Both the position numbers and the translations under genes were made by a program. The notes under the pieces were generated by a model, which did no database searches, had not been told where the DNA came from, and worked only from the letters and a program-made list of their open reading frames with translations. Shown here piece by piece: positions 45,314 through 55,192 of a stretch of 64,000 nt of DNA; within the stretch, counting starts at the first letter, position 1, and the number at the start of each line of letters is the position of its first letter. The stretch is from Candidatus Calditenuaceae archaeon (lineage in GTDB: Archaea > Thermoproteota > Nitrososphaeria_A > Caldarchaeales > Calditenuaceae), in assembly GCA_025058225.1 (NCBI GenBank), contig JANXEE010000025.1, forward strand, positions 11,302 to 75,301, in the 5' to 3' direction.

Positions 45314-46294
45314 ATGGCACAGGAGCCTTATGACATCGTCGTCATAGGATCGGGGCCTGCGGGGTGCACCGCGGCGGTCTACGCTGCGAGGGCCGGAATG
45401 AGGACGCTGATGATAGCTGGCGTGACACCGGGAGGTCAGCTGATGTTAACGACGGTCGTCGAGAACTTCCCCGGCTTCCCCGAGGGCGTGAACGGGCCTG
45501 ACCTGATGGACAGGATGAGGGAGCAAGCGGAGCGGGCGGGCGCGGAGGTGGTCCACGAGGACGTGAGGGAGGTGGACCTCTCGACGTACCCGTTCAAGGT
45601 CTACGCGGGCGACTCGGAGTATTCAGCGCTCTCGATCGTGGTCGCGACCGGGGCTGCATCCAAGTGGCTCGGCCTCGAGTCCGAGAAGAGGTTCATCGGG
45701 AGGGGAGTCTCGAGCTGCGCGACCTGCGACGCTCCGCTCTTCAAGGGCGCGAAGAACATAGTCGTGGTGGGCGGAGGCGACTCGGCGATGGAGTACGCCC
45801 TCTTCTGCGCGAACCTCGCCGAGAGGGTGACGGTGATTCACAGGAGGGACAGGCTGAGGGCCTCGAAGGCGATGCAGGACAGGGCCTTCGCCAACCCGAA
45901 GATAACTTTCGTCTGGAACAGCGTCGTCGACGAGATCCTCGGGGACGTGAGGGTGCGGGCCGTGAAGGTGAGGGACGTGAAGACCGGAGAGACCGGCGTG
46001 ATCGAGTGCGACGCGGTCTTCGTCGCGATCGGACACGCGCCGGCCACCGAGTTCCTCAGAGGCTGGGTAGAGCTCGACGAGGACGGCTACATCGTCACCA
46101 GGGACCTCGTCAGGACGAGCGTCGACGGCGTCTTCGCGGCGGGCGACGTCCACGACAAGAAGTACAAGCAGGCGATAACCGCGGCGGGCTTCGGGTGCAT
46201 GGCGGCCCTGGAGGCGGTGAGGTTCGTGGAGGGCGTGAAGCTCGGACAGGTCAGGCCCCAGCTGATCGCGAAGGCGGTCGGCGAGAAGCGGTGA
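45314..46294 (+). CDS. trxB: Thioredoxin reductase
   Basis: 326 aa. Motifs: VVIGSGPAGCTAA, redox CATCDAPLF, VVGGGDSAMEYA, AAGDVHD. Confidence 0.92.
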   Translation: MAQEPYDIVVIGSGPAGCTAAVYAARAGMRTLMIAGVTPGGQLMLTTVVENFPGFPEGVNGPDLMDRMREQAERAGAEVVHEDVREVDLSTYPFKVYAGDSEYSALSIVVATGAASKWLGLESEKRFIGRGVSSCATCDAPLFKGAKNIVVVGGGDSAMEYALFCANLAERVTVIHRRDRLRASKAMQDRAFANPKITFVWNSVVDEILGDVRVRAVKVRDVKTGETGVIECDAVFVAIGHAPATEFLRGWVELDEDGYIVTRDLVRTSVDGVFAAGDVHDKKYKQAITAAGFGCMAALEAVRFVEGVKLGQVRPQLIAKAVGEKR

Positions 46295-46901
46295 AGTGGG
46301 CCAGCCTCACGAGCTCGTGAAGCCGCGTCCCCGTGACGTCAATGAGCTCATCGACGGTCTCGAGGTCCGTAAGGTGGCCAGGACTCACGAAGTACTCCCT
46401 CCCTCCCGGAGTCCTGTAGCACCTGCCCAACACCTCCTCCCCGAGGACCACGTCGCCCACAGAGCCCCTCCACCTCGCCTCGCCGACCAACAGCGAACCC
46501 GCGACGCCGACGGTCGGAACCGAGAGGAGCAGCCCGACGACCGACGCGAGGCCCGCGCGCCTCGGGTGGGCGACGCCGTGGCCGTTCACCACGAGGACCG
46601 AGAACTCCCCCCTCAGTCCGCGGACGAACTCGACGACCAAGGGCCCCTCCCTGAGGTACAGGAGGCCTGGGACGTATGGGAAGAGGACCTCCAGCTCCGC
46701 CGACCTCTCCTCGTGGACCCTCCAGTCAGGGAGGCTCACCACGACGCACCCGGCCCTCCCCACTCCGTCGGAGTAGGAGACGTCGACGGCGCAGACCTTG
46801 ACCGGCGGTGATACGTGAAGGTGCTCAAGCCTCACGAGCCCTGAGAGCGCATCCTGGACGAGCGCGAAGAAGCTGACGTAGTGCTGCGGCAGCCCGGTCA
46901 C
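46251..46901 (-). CDS. nfi: Endonuclease V (deoxyinosine 3-prime endonuclease)
   Basis: 216 aa. Motifs: VCAVDVSY, YVPGLLYLREGP, VVNGHGVAHPRRAGLAS. Converges on and overlaps trxB by 44 nt. Confidence 0.8.
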   Translation of the reverse strand: MTGLPQHYVSFFALVQDALSGLVRLEHLHVSPPVKVCAVDVSYSDGVGRAGCVVVSLPDWRVHEERSAELEVLFPYVPGLLYLREGPLVVEFVRGLRGEFSVLVVNGHGVAHPRRAGLASVVGLLLSVPTVGVAGSLLVGEARWRGSVGDVVLGEEVLGRCYRTPGGREYFVSPGHLTDLETVDELIDVTGTRLHELVRLAHFTASRRPPSRSAGA

Positions 46902-48125
46902 TCAGCCTACCCGCGCCTCGGCCCTCTTAACTTCAGCCCCGGGTCGGAGGAGCTTCTCGATCAGCGTCCCTACGCTCTCCACCGGCTCAGCCCCCCTCAC
47001 CAGCCCCGACGACGGCCCGGGCATCACCAGGACCCTCATGCCCGCACCGACCAGCTCGTTCGCGAGTTCAGCGTTCCTCCCGTTCAGCGGGCCGACTGGT
47101 GGCGACGCGTAGACGACCGCGTCCGAGCCTAGGCCGGCCGAGAGCGCGGCCGAGTAACTCTCCTCACCGATCGGGTTGAAGGGCTCCTCAGAGACCACAC
47201 CGATCCCCAACGACTCCGCCACGTGGTGGTCGACGTCGTTCCCGTGCAGGACGCCCGTCGAGGCCGTGATGCCCCTCTTGACCAACGCCCTGTAGACCCT
47301 CGAACCGGTCCCCGCGCCGGCGATCACGAAGACCCGCGGAGACCCCTGTGTCCGGCCTCGGCCGAACTCGACCGACAGCGTGACAGGAGAGATCGAGAGC
47401 TCTCCATCGAGACCGAAGCTCTTCAGGAACGCCTCCTCCCTCAGGAGGTCCTCGGGGTCGTCCCTCACCACGATCGAACCGTCGAGGATCGCGACTATCC
47501 TGTCCGCGAACCTCAGGGCCAATTCCAGCTCGTGTGTCGACGCTATAGCCGCTATGCCCTTGGACCTGGTGAGCCTGAGGAGCAGCCCCATCACCTCCAG
47601 GCGGGACCTCACGTCCAGGTGGGTCGTCGGCTCGTCGAGGACGAGGCAGCGCGGCGACTGCGCGAGGGCCCTCGCGATCATGACCCGCTGGAACTGGCCG
47701 TCGCTGAGCTCGGAGACCTTCCTGCGCCTCAGGTGAACGACCCCCGCGTCCCTCATCGCCTCCTCGACGGCCCTCCTGTCCTCCTCGGAGAGGAGGTGTG
47801 CCATGTTCGTCCACGGGTACCTCCCCATCGCGACGACCTCCTCGACCGTCATCGCGTTAAGGTCAGGCCTGCCCGTGAAGACCGCGCTCACCCTCCTCGC
47901 CCTCTCCCGGGGAGGTAGCCTGTGGAGCTCGGCGCCCGAGACGTAGACCGCGCCCATGACAGGCTTAAGGACGCCGGCCAGCGTCTTCAAGAGCGTCGAC
48001 TTGCCAGAGGCGTTCGGCCCGATCAGAAGGGTCAGCTCGCCGGGCCGCACCTCGAGCTCGACGCCCCCCAACACGACCTCCGCGCCGTACCCGGCCGAGA
48101 GCGCCCTGGCCTCGATCACCTCCAA
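46902..48125 (-). CDS. ABC transporter ATPase (FepC/BtuD type) with ~150-aa C-terminal extra domain
   Basis: 407 aa. Walker A GPNASGKST, signature LSDGQFQR, Walker B LVLDEPTTHLD. After ~aa 255 there is an unassigned domain (VFVIAGAGTGSRVYRALVKRGI...). Confidence 0.9.
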   Translation of the reverse strand: MEVIEARALSAGYGAEVVLGGVELEVRPGELTLLIGPNASGKSTLLKTLAGVLKPVMGAVYVSGAELHRLPPRERARRVSAVFTGRPDLNAMTVEEVVAMGRYPWTNMAHLLSEEDRRAVEEAMRDAGVVHLRRRKVSELSDGQFQRVMIARALAQSPRCLVLDEPTTHLDVRSRLEVMGLLLRLTRSKGIAAIASTHELELALRFADRIVAILDGSIVVRDDPEDLLREEAFLKSFGLDGELSISPVTLSVEFGRGRTQGSPRVFVIAGAGTGSRVYRALVKRGITASTGVLHGNDVDHHVAESLGIGVVSEEPFNPIGEESYSAALSAGLGSDAVVYASPPVGPLNGRNAELANELVGAGMRVLVMPGPSSGLVRGAEPVESVGTLIEKLLRPGAEVKRAEARVG

Positions 48126-49129
48126 GCCCTCCTCCTGAGGACCAGGAAGACCAGGAGCGGAGCGCCGAAGATCGAGGTGACCGCGGTGACCGGGAGGTCC
48201 AGCGGAGGCAGTAGGGACCTAGCGGCGAGGTCTGAGAGGATCGCGACCGTCGCGCCGACGACCGCGGAGAGCGGGATAACGGCCCTGTTGTCGGAGGTGT
48301 CCATGGCCAGCTTGACGAGGTGAGCTGATGCGAGCCCGATGAAACCTATCGGCCCTGCGATCAGCGTCGAAGCGCTGAGGGCAGAGGCCGCCACCGCGAC
48401 CGTCGCGACGTTCGTCAGCCTGAGCCTCACGCCCATAGAGACAGCGGTCTCGTCGCCGAAGGCGAGGCCGTTCAACGGCTTCGCGAGCAGGAACGTCGTG
48501 AGGAGCGTCGCGGCCGAGACGGGCAGGAGCGGGAGGAGGATCGACCACTTCGCGGCCCCGAAGCTCCCGAGCGTCCAGAAGCTGAACGCCCTGGCCCTCT
48601 CGACATCCGAGAGGACGACCACGAGGGCGGTCAGCCCGGAGTTGAGGTACCCGATCATCACGCCGACGAGGACGATCGAGGAGACCGACTGGACCACCGA
48701 CGAGATCGAGATGACTAGTAGCGACGTGAGGAGGGCACCCAACGCTCCGGCCGCGTAGAGGGCGTAGGGGTCGTACTGGGAGATGAGGCCGCCCCCGAGC
48801 CCGAATACCAGCGTCAGCGCGATCGCCAGCGACGAGCCCGACGATATCCCGAGGACGAACGGGTCCGCGAGGGGGTTCCTGAAGAGGGACTGGAGCAGGG
48901 CCCCGGAGGCACCGAGGCAGGCGCCGGTGATCGCCGCTGCCAGCACCCTCAGCGTCCTGATGTCGAGGACTGCCGCGGTGACGCGGTCGGCGGAGCCCAG
49001 CCCGAAGACGTGGGCAACTGCAGCTTCGAAGGGTATCCGGACCGTCCCTGTCGAGACCGAGAAGAGGAACGACCCGAACAAAGACGCACCGAGGAGCGGG
49101 AGTGGCCAGTACCTCAAGAGTTGGGTCAC
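48116..49129 (-). CDS. ABC permease, FecCD/BtuC family
   Basis: 337 aa with about 9-10 TM helices. Motifs: RNPLADPFVLGISSGSSLA and AGPIGFIGLASAHLV. Confidence 0.9.
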   Translation of the reverse strand: MTQLLRYWPLPLLGASLFGSFLFSVSTGTVRIPFEAAVAHVFGLGSADRVTAAVLDIRTLRVLAAAITGACLGASGALLQSLFRNPLADPFVLGISSGSSLAIALTLVFGLGGGLISQYDPYALYAAGALGALLTSLLVISISSVVQSVSSIVLVGVMIGYLNSGLTALVVVLSDVERARAFSFWTLGSFGAAKWSILLPLLPVSAATLLTTFLLAKPLNGLAFGDETAVSMGVRLRLTNVATVAVAASALSASTLIAGPIGFIGLASAHLVKLAMDTSDNRAVIPLSAVVGATVAILSDLAARSLLPPLDLPVTAVTSIFGAPLLVFLVLRRRAWR

Positions 49130-50394
49130 CGGAACCTGACGAAGTAGCTCAGCTGGTGGTCCCTGAACACCTCAGGGTAGAGGACCGCGGCCAGGTCCCT
49201 GAACCAGCCCTCGGTGTCGTAGTAGCCGAGCTGAAAGATGTTCGAGTTATACCTGAAGACCCGGCCCTCCCTCACCGCCTTCGACCCGGCGAGCCCCGGG
49301 ACCTCGGCCAGCAGCGCGTCCAGAGAAGTCACCAGGTCGGTCGAGAGCATGATCACGTCCGCGTCGGCAGCCCTCCGCACCAGCTCCTCCAGCGTCACGG
49401 TGCCGCTCCCGGTCCCCCTGATGTCGGAGAAGGCGTAGACCCCTTTGAGGTCGCCGATCGCCTTCGCGACGTAGCTCCCTCCGGCCGCGACGTAGACCGT
49501 GCCCCTGAAGACCGAGAACCAGACGATCTTCTTCGGGGTCACCGTCTTCGCGTCGATCGCGCCGGCCACCCTCTCAGCGGTCAGCTGGTAGGACGCCTCG
49601 ACGAACCTGAAGACGGCCCTCGCCTCCTCGTCAAGTCCAAAGAACGCTCCGACGAACTTGATCCACTCGAACCTCCCCAGCAGCGTGTCCTCGAGGTACT
49701 CGCTGTTGACGACGTACGGCAGCTTCAGCTCGGCGAGCTTAGACGGTATCGGGTCGCCGGGGTACGTGTAGATCATGATCAGGTCGGGCCTCAGCGCGAC
49801 GATCGCCTCGTAGTTCGGCGAGAACGCAACTCCGACGTCAGCTATCCTGCCGTCCTTCAGGGCCCTGTCGATCTCCGGGAAGAACCACTGGTACGAGTTC
49901 CCCCACGTTATCCCCTTGACCCTCGTCAGGAGATCGGGCGCGTACTCCCTCAGCCTCTCGATCAGCGCCACATGGGTCGCGGACATCAGGACCACACGCT
50001 CAACCGGGACCGTCACGACGAGGTCCGCCCTTATGTCTGGCGCGGCCCTGCCCTTCGGCACAAGCAGGACCGTCCTGTTGGCACCGTCCCTGAGGACCGT
50101 GAACCCGTCCCGCCTCTCGATGCTGAAGAGCTTCGCGTACTTGACCGGCGGCTCGACGACCTCGACCCGCTGCGTCACCGTGACGAGCGAGGTGGTGACC
50201 CTGAGCTCCGTGGCAGTCGCCGTTGTGATCAGCTGTGTGGTCCGGGTCTGAGTGATCGTCTGATACTGTGTCACTGGCGGGAATATCGCCGGAGCTGCCG
50301 CGACTCCGACCACCATGCCCACGACCAGCGAGGCGACGACCAGCAGAGCGGTGACGGTCTTAGAGGTCCACCCGACCGATCCCGTCCGAGACAT
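49126..50394 (-). CDS. ABC substrate-binding protein (class III PBP, BtuF/FepB-like) with TM anchor and Thr-rich linker
   Basis: 422 aa. Anchor LLVVASLVVGMVVGVAAA. Linker TQYQTITQTRTTQLITTATATE. Body RVVLMSATHVALIERL. Confidence 0.75.
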   Translation of the reverse strand: MSRTGSVGWTSKTVTALLVVASLVVGMVVGVAAAPAIFPPVTQYQTITQTRTTQLITTATATELRVTTSLVTVTQRVEVVEPPVKYAKLFSIERRDGFTVLRDGANRTVLLVPKGRAAPDIRADLVVTVPVERVVLMSATHVALIERLREYAPDLLTRVKGITWGNSYQWFFPEIDRALKDGRIADVGVAFSPNYEAIVALRPDLIMIYTYPGDPIPSKLAELKLPYVVNSEYLEDTLLGRFEWIKFVGAFFGLDEEARAVFRFVEASYQLTAERVAGAIDAKTVTPKKIVWFSVFRGTVYVAAGGSYVAKAIGDLKGVYAFSDIRGTGSGTVTLEELVRRAADADVIMLSTDLVTSLDALLAEVPGLAGSKAVREGRVFRYNSNIFQLGYYDTEGWFRDLAAVLYPEVFRDHQLSYFVRFR

Positions 50395-50463
50395 CGGATT
50401 TGGATGATATATCCAATAGAAAAGATTTTGCCAACGTGAGCCGGTGAGATCCGTCGTAAGAAC

Positions 50464-51213
50464 TTAAATCGGTAGGTCCGTCCAGCCGAAGGTCTCCAGC
50501 GCGTTCTGGGTGGTGACCTCGACGACCATCTGAGGCGGGACCGACTTGATCCTCGCGATCCACTCGACGGAGACCCAGACGTTCTTCGGCTCGTTGATCG
50601 AGCTCCTTGAGGGCCCGAGCCAGGGCGAGTCGGTCTCCAGGAGCAGGGCCTCCAGCGGCAGCCTCCTCACCAGCGACTTCTTCTGGTCCGATTCCGCGAT
50701 CCTCGGGGGTATCGAGAACCTGAAGCCCCTCTCCGCGGCCCTCCTCGCGGCCGAGACGTCGCCGTCGTAGGCGTGCATCACGACCCTCTCCGCGCCCTCC
50801 CGCATCAGCACCTCGATCGCGAGCTTCCCGGCGTTCCTGCTGTGGACGACTATCGGCTTGTCGAGCGACCTCGCGAGCCCGATGAACTCCCTGAACGCGT
50901 TGACCTGCTCCTCCAGCTTCTCCCTCGACCCCCTGTAGAGGTCCAGACCGACCTCGCCGACCGCGTCGACGCTCCCGGAGTTCCTCTCGATCAGTTCCAG
51001 CACCTCCTCGTACCCCCTGAGGTCGTAGGGGGCTATGCCCAGAGAAGCCCTCACCTGCCCGTTGACCAGTCCGAGAACCGCCCGCGAGTCCTCCGGCCCG
51101 ATCCCGCAGGTGACGACCCTCCAGACGCCGGCGGCCGATGCCGATCCCAGTACGGTCTTCAACCTCCCCTGCAGCCTTGGGTCCGTTAGGTGTGAGTGAA
51201 CGTCGACGAGCAA
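50464..51213 (-). CDS. tatD: TatD-family metal-dependent hydrolase/DNase
   Basis: 249 aa. MLVDVHSHL start, plus GEVGLD, VVHSR and ETDSP. Confidence 0.9.
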   Translation of the reverse strand: MLVDVHSHLTDPRLQGRLKTVLGSASAAGVWRVVTCGIGPEDSRAVLGLVNGQVRASLGIAPYDLRGYEEVLELIERNSGSVDAVGEVGLDLYRGSREKLEEQVNAFREFIGLARSLDKPIVVHSRNAGKLAIEVLMREGAERVVMHAYDGDVSAARRAAERGFRFSIPPRIAESDQKKSLVRRLPLEALLLETDSPWLGPSRSSINEPKNVWVSVEWIARIKSVPPQMVVEVTTQNALETFGWTDLPI

Positions 51214-51265
51214 CCCCTCACACGCCGGGGTACCTATAAATTAAACTGTTAGGCCGCAAGTGCGA

Positions 51266-51529
51266 ATGAGCAACGGCTGGCCCATTTGCGCGTGCGGCAA
51301 CATCCTCTCGCCGGAGAACCTCAAGGTCGAGCGGCTGAGCGGGGTCACGGAAGTCCTCTGCTCGAACGTGTCCTGCACCCTAAAAAGGGTCGCTAAGGTC
51401 GAGTCGAGGCCCCGGGTAGTCAGGTTCCTCGTGGGCTTCAACGAGCTCCTGTTCGGCTCCGACGAGGGCTTGAAGAGGATCAAGCGGCTCGAGACGTCCC
51501 TGCATAGGTCCCTCTCCAGGGTCAGGTGA
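51266..51529 (+). CDS. Small Cys-containing (putative zinc-binding) hypothetical protein
   Basis: The track ORF starts at GTG 51260; an ATG is at 51266. CACG...CSNVSC gives four Cys. High GC3 like real genes. CTATAAATTA lies ~28 nt upstream, suggesting a leaderless transcript. The antisense 158-aa ORF is judged a shadow. Confidence 0.4.
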   Translation: MSNGWPICACGNILSPENLKVERLSGVTEVLCSNVSCTLKRVAKVESRPRVVRFLVGFNELLFGSDEGLKRIKRLETSLHRSLSRVR

Positions 51530-51577
51530 GCCTGAGACCGTGGTAGGTTCTTATCCACGGTAGGAGAATGAGATGTA

Positions 51578-52255
51578 ATGCCCTCAAGCGTCGTCTTCGG
51601 GGAACTGAAGATAACTTGGTTGCGCCACGCCGGGTTTCTACTCGCCGGGCGCGGGAAGACCGTCGTCATAGACCCGTTCAACGTTAAGCCGGAAAAGGCC
51701 GTGAAGGTCGACCTCACCTTCGTGACGCACGACCACTTCGATCACTGCTCCCTGAAGGACTTGGAACCGTTCGTCGACAGGGAGAGGACCTCGGTCGTGG
51801 CCGCGAGGAACTGCTCCAGGGCCCTAAAAGACCTGAGGTGCAAGACCAAGGACTTCGTGGATCCCGGCGGCTCCGGTGAGGTTGCGGGCGTGAAGTTTCA
51901 GGCGGTGCCAGCGTACAACGTCAACAAGTTCAGATCTCCGGGTGTCCCCTTCCATCCCAGGAACTACGGAGGTGTCGGGTACGTCATCGAGGTCGCCGGA
52001 GCAAGAGTCTACCACGCCGGTGACACCGACAACATCCCGGAAATGGTCCAGCTGAAGGACATCGACGTGGCTTTGCTGCCCGTCAGCGGAACCTACGTCA
52101 TGACCGCTGAAGAAGCCGCCGAGGCGGCGAAGACGATCACGCCGAAGCTCGCGATTCCGATGCACTTCGGTGAGATAGTCGGTTCGATCGAGGACGCGAA
52201 GAGGTTCAGTTCGCTGGCCGGCGTTAAGGTCGAGGTGCTGGAGCCGGGGATGTGA
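51578..52255 (+). CDS. Metallo-beta-lactamase-fold hydrolase (UPF0173-like)
   Basis: 225 aa. Motifs: VTHDHFDH (HxHxDH), YHAGDT, LPVSGTYVM. Confidence 0.85.
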   Translation: MPSSVVFGELKITWLRHAGFLLAGRGKTVVIDPFNVKPEKAVKVDLTFVTHDHFDHCSLKDLEPFVDRERTSVVAARNCSRALKDLRCKTKDFVDPGGSGEVAGVKFQAVPAYNVNKFRSPGVPFHPRNYGGVGYVIEVAGARVYHAGDTDNIPEMVQLKDIDVALLPVSGTYVMTAEEAAEAAKTITPKLAIPMHFGEIVGSIEDAKRFSSLAGVKVEVLEPGM

Positions 52256-52722
52256 CCTTGGGGTGCACGTCCCACGACTACGTCTACATCGGTGCGGTCA
52301 ACGTCTTCATGGACGAGGAGCTCCTCAAGGTGATCGAGGCCTGGAGGTGCAGGGCCTGTAATGCTGTTCTGGCGGGCGAGCGGCAGATGGGCATTATAAC
52401 CTCGACCGAGGGAATACTCGGCACGGTCTCCGCCGGATCTGGTGAGAGGTGGATGTTGGTGGCGAGACAGGGACGCGGCTCGCTGCCACCCGATGCGACT
52501 CTGGTCAGGACCTCCCCCGGGTTGCGGATTAAAGTCGATTCGATCGAGCCGGGCGACTCAACGCTCGTGGTGAGGGAGGACATGTCCGTCGTGAGGGAGG
52601 TCGACGAGGAGCCCCCGAAGACGGTCATGGTCTACGACGTGCTCTCCGTTCTGAAGGGATACATCGACCTCTCGACGTGGCCGCCGAAGGTCTTCACGCT
52701 CCAGGCCGGAAGACGACATTAA
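52252..52722 (+). CDS. Hypothetical protein
   Basis: 156-aa ORF overlapping the upstream stop by 4 nt. Coding-like codon usage. A CRACN motif is the only feature. A possible start is ATG 52309. Confidence 0.4.
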   Translation: MTLGCTSHDYVYIGAVNVFMDEELLKVIEAWRCRACNAVLAGERQMGIITSTEGILGTVSAGSGERWMLVARQGRGSLPPDATLVRTSPGLRIKVDSIEPGDSTLVVREDMSVVREVDEEPPKTVMVYDVLSVLKGYIDLSTWPPKVFTLQAGRRH

Positions 52723-53636
52723 CTCTGGTAGGGGACATCGATCGACTGGAGGTCCTCGGGAAGAAGCACGTTTGGGAAGACCGAATTCGCCTCCTCTAAG
52801 AGAACACCCCATCTACCCCGGTACCTCGAGCTCAAGTGATAGAGGACCAGGAGCTTGACGTTCGCTTTTGCTGCGATGGTTGCCGCGTCTTTGGCGGTAG
52901 AGTGAAGGTCCTGATCGGCCCTTGACTTCAGGCTCTGATCGTAGGTGCTCTCGTGGACAAGGACGTCTGCCCCCCTCGCGAACTCCACCATTCCCTGGAA
53001 AGGAGCGGAATCGCCAGAGTAGACGACCGACCTGCCTTTCTTGGGGGGTCCTACGGCCGCATCAGGCCGGATCGTTCTCCCACCGTAGACGACCTCCTTA
53101 CCCCTCTGGAGCTCTCCCCAGAGGGGGCCCTTCGGGAGTCCGATCGACTCGAGCAACTCGACGTTGACCTTTCCGGGCCTGTCCTTCTCCCTGAGCCTGT
53201 AGGCGAGCGAGGGTACCGTGTGGGTGGTCCAGATGGCGTCGATAACGAAGTCCCTCGCGTTCAGCACCTCTCCCTCCCCAACCTCCCTCACGACCACCTG
53301 AAACCCTGGGTCGAGCCTCGAACCGAGCAACAGGTGCTCCAGCGACTCTCTTATGCCGGGAGGGCCGTACACGTAGAGCGGCGCCTCTCGTTTCGACAGG
53401 TCCATCGTCGCGATCAAACCTGCCAGTCCGAGGTAGTGGTCCGCGTGGAGGTGAGTGATGAAGACGTGTGTACTCGAGGGGAACCCGAGCTTCGCGGCCA
53501 TCAGCTGTCGCTGCGTCCCCTCACCGCAGTCGAGGATCAGCAGGCTTCCACCGAACCGTATCGCCAGAGAAGGCAGCCCCCGCTCCGGTGTAGGCATCCC
53601 GCCCCCCGTACCGACGAAGGTCAGCCTCATCATCAA
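52719..53636 (-). CDS. rnz: Ribonuclease Z (tRNA 3-prime endonuclease)
   Basis: 305 aa. Motifs: FVGTGGGMPTPERGLPS, ITHLHADHYLGL, HESTY. Confidence 0.92.
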   Translation of the reverse strand: MMMRLTFVGTGGGMPTPERGLPSLAIRFGGSLLILDCGEGTQRQLMAAKLGFPSSTHVFITHLHADHYLGLAGLIATMDLSKREAPLYVYGPPGIRESLEHLLLGSRLDPGFQVVVREVGEGEVLNARDFVIDAIWTTHTVPSLAYRLREKDRPGKVNVELLESIGLPKGPLWGELQRGKEVVYGGRTIRPDAAVGPPKKGRSVVYSGDSAPFQGMVEFARGADVLVHESTYDQSLKSRADQDLHSTAKDAATIAAKANVKLLVLYHLSSRYRGRWGVLLEEANSVFPNVLLPEDLQSIDVPYQS

Positions 53637-53691
53637 GCCCCTAACCTTGAGGTCACGACCTATTTGAGAGTCCCTTTCGCACGTTTAAGAG

Positions 53692-54933
53692 ATGGTCGAG
53701 GATACTTTGAGCATGGACTTCTCGGAGTCACCTGCGCATAGCGTCTTCAGGGAATCTGTGAGGGAATTCTGCAAACGCTACGTTGAGCCGGTCTGGATCG
53801 ACATAGACGAGCGTGGACTCATCGAGACTGACCTGATACGTAAAATGGCCGAGAACGGTATCTACGCCCTGACGATCTCAGAAGACCTCGGCGGTCAGGG
53901 CGGAACCTTCACCGAGGCCGCGATCGCGGGTGAGGAGCTTGCGTATCACGCGCCGGCCCTCTCTCTGGCTGTCCTCTTCATCATTCAGTCCTCCTGGCCC
54001 TACACCTTTCAGCTCTACGGCCACGAGGATGCTAAGCACGAGGTTCTTCCGGAGGTCGCGAAGGGGAGAGCCGCGATAGGCATCGCCAGCACCGAGGCCC
54101 ACGGCGGCAGCGACGTCGCAGACGTCAGGCTCCACGCATCGAGGGACGGTGACTCCTGGGTACTGAGGGGTGAGAAGAGCATGGTCTCGCTACCCGGGAT
54201 CATCGAGTCCCTTCCGTGGGGCGGTGGATGGTTCACGATCGCTCGTACAGGAGACCCGAAGTTGAGACACAACGCGATCACCGATTTCCTGGTGCTGCTG
54301 AAGAGGAGGGGTACGAGGGACAGTACCATCAGCTACAGGCCGTGGACGGAGATCGGGAGGAAAGGGCTCGACACCTCTGTAATAACGTTCGACGGTACCC
54401 GAGTGTCGGACGTATTCCGCATCGGTGAGGTCAACGCCGGCTTCAGAATCGCTATGGAGGGTTTCAACCTCGCTAGGTCTATGATCGGAGCGATCACGGT
54501 GGGCTGCGCCAGATGGCTTCTTGACACTGGACGTGACTGGATAAAGCAGAGGGAGGTGTTCGGAAGGCCTATCGCCAACTATCAGTCCATCAGTTTCAAG
54601 TTCGCCGACCTGGCGAGTGAGTTGGAGTCTGCGAGGCTCCTGTGCTACAAGGCCGCTTGGGTGGCAGACAGATATTACGTGCAGAAGGACGGATCCGTCG
54701 ACCTCGGGGACGTGGCGCTCTACGGTGCCATGTCGAAGCTCAAGTGCGCAGCGCTCGCAGTGGAGATCGGGCAGAACGTTATGAAATGGTTCGGGGGAGC
54801 TGCCTACTTCAAGGAGACCCCTGTGCTGAGGGCATGGCTGGGCGCGCTGAGCTACGTGCTCGGCGCTGAGGGCACCGAGAACATGCTCCGTCTGATCATC
54901 GCGAGGCGGCTCATAGGACGCGAGTACGTCTAA
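53692..54933 (+). CDS. Acyl-CoA dehydrogenase
   Basis: 413 aa with the three-domain ACAD pattern: TEAHGGSDV, FGRPIANYQSISFKFADL, GGAAYF. A possible start is ATG 53713. Confidence 0.9.
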   Translation: MVEDTLSMDFSESPAHSVFRESVREFCKRYVEPVWIDIDERGLIETDLIRKMAENGIYALTISEDLGGQGGTFTEAAIAGEELAYHAPALSLAVLFIIQSSWPYTFQLYGHEDAKHEVLPEVAKGRAAIGIASTEAHGGSDVADVRLHASRDGDSWVLRGEKSMVSLPGIIESLPWGGGWFTIARTGDPKLRHNAITDFLVLLKRRGTRDSTISYRPWTEIGRKGLDTSVITFDGTRVSDVFRIGEVNAGFRIAMEGFNLARSMIGAITVGCARWLLDTGRDWIKQREVFGRPIANYQSISFKFADLASELESARLLCYKAAWVADRYYVQKDGSVDLGDVALYGAMSKLKCAALAVEIGQNVMKWFGGAAYFKETPVLRAWLGALSYVLGAEGTENMLRLIIARRLIGREYV

Positions 54934-54988
54934 CGCTTACCGATGATCGGCGTTCGGGTTTATTAGAGGCTGCTGGACGTTCATCGCG

Positions 54989-55192
54989 ATGGCCCGCGGA
55001 GGTGTGAGGCCGCTCCACAAGCTTTACGAGGTCTCTCGAGACGGAAAATTGACGAGGAAGACGATGTACTGCCCGGTCTGCGGTACCGGGTACCTCATGG
55101 CCGATCACGGAGATCGGTTTTATTGTGGTAGGTGTCGCCATACGATCTTCAAGCAGAGGGAGCGCGCACCTGCACAGCCCCGGCGAAGATGA
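54989..55192 (+). CDS. rps27ae: 30S ribosomal protein eS27ae (S27ae)
   Basis: 67 aa. LYEVSRDGKLTRKTMYCPVCGTGYLMADHGDRFYCGRCRHT has the C4 zinc ribbon and the conserved order. Confidence 0.85.
   Translation: MARGGVRPLHKLYEVSRDGKLTRKTMYCPVCGTGYLMADHGDRFYCGRCRHTIFKQRERAPAQPRRR

Noticed and set aside
49102-50439. A 445-aa plus-strand ORF, and similar long alternative-frame ORFs at 40629-41444, 43108-44019, 45664-46320, 47223-47918, 52953-53741, 57353-58114 and 16715-17359
   Set aside because: Each lies antisense to, or in an alternative frame over, a gene with strong family motifs. All are Arg/Pro/Asp/Gly/His-rich low-complexity translations lacking any recognisable domain.
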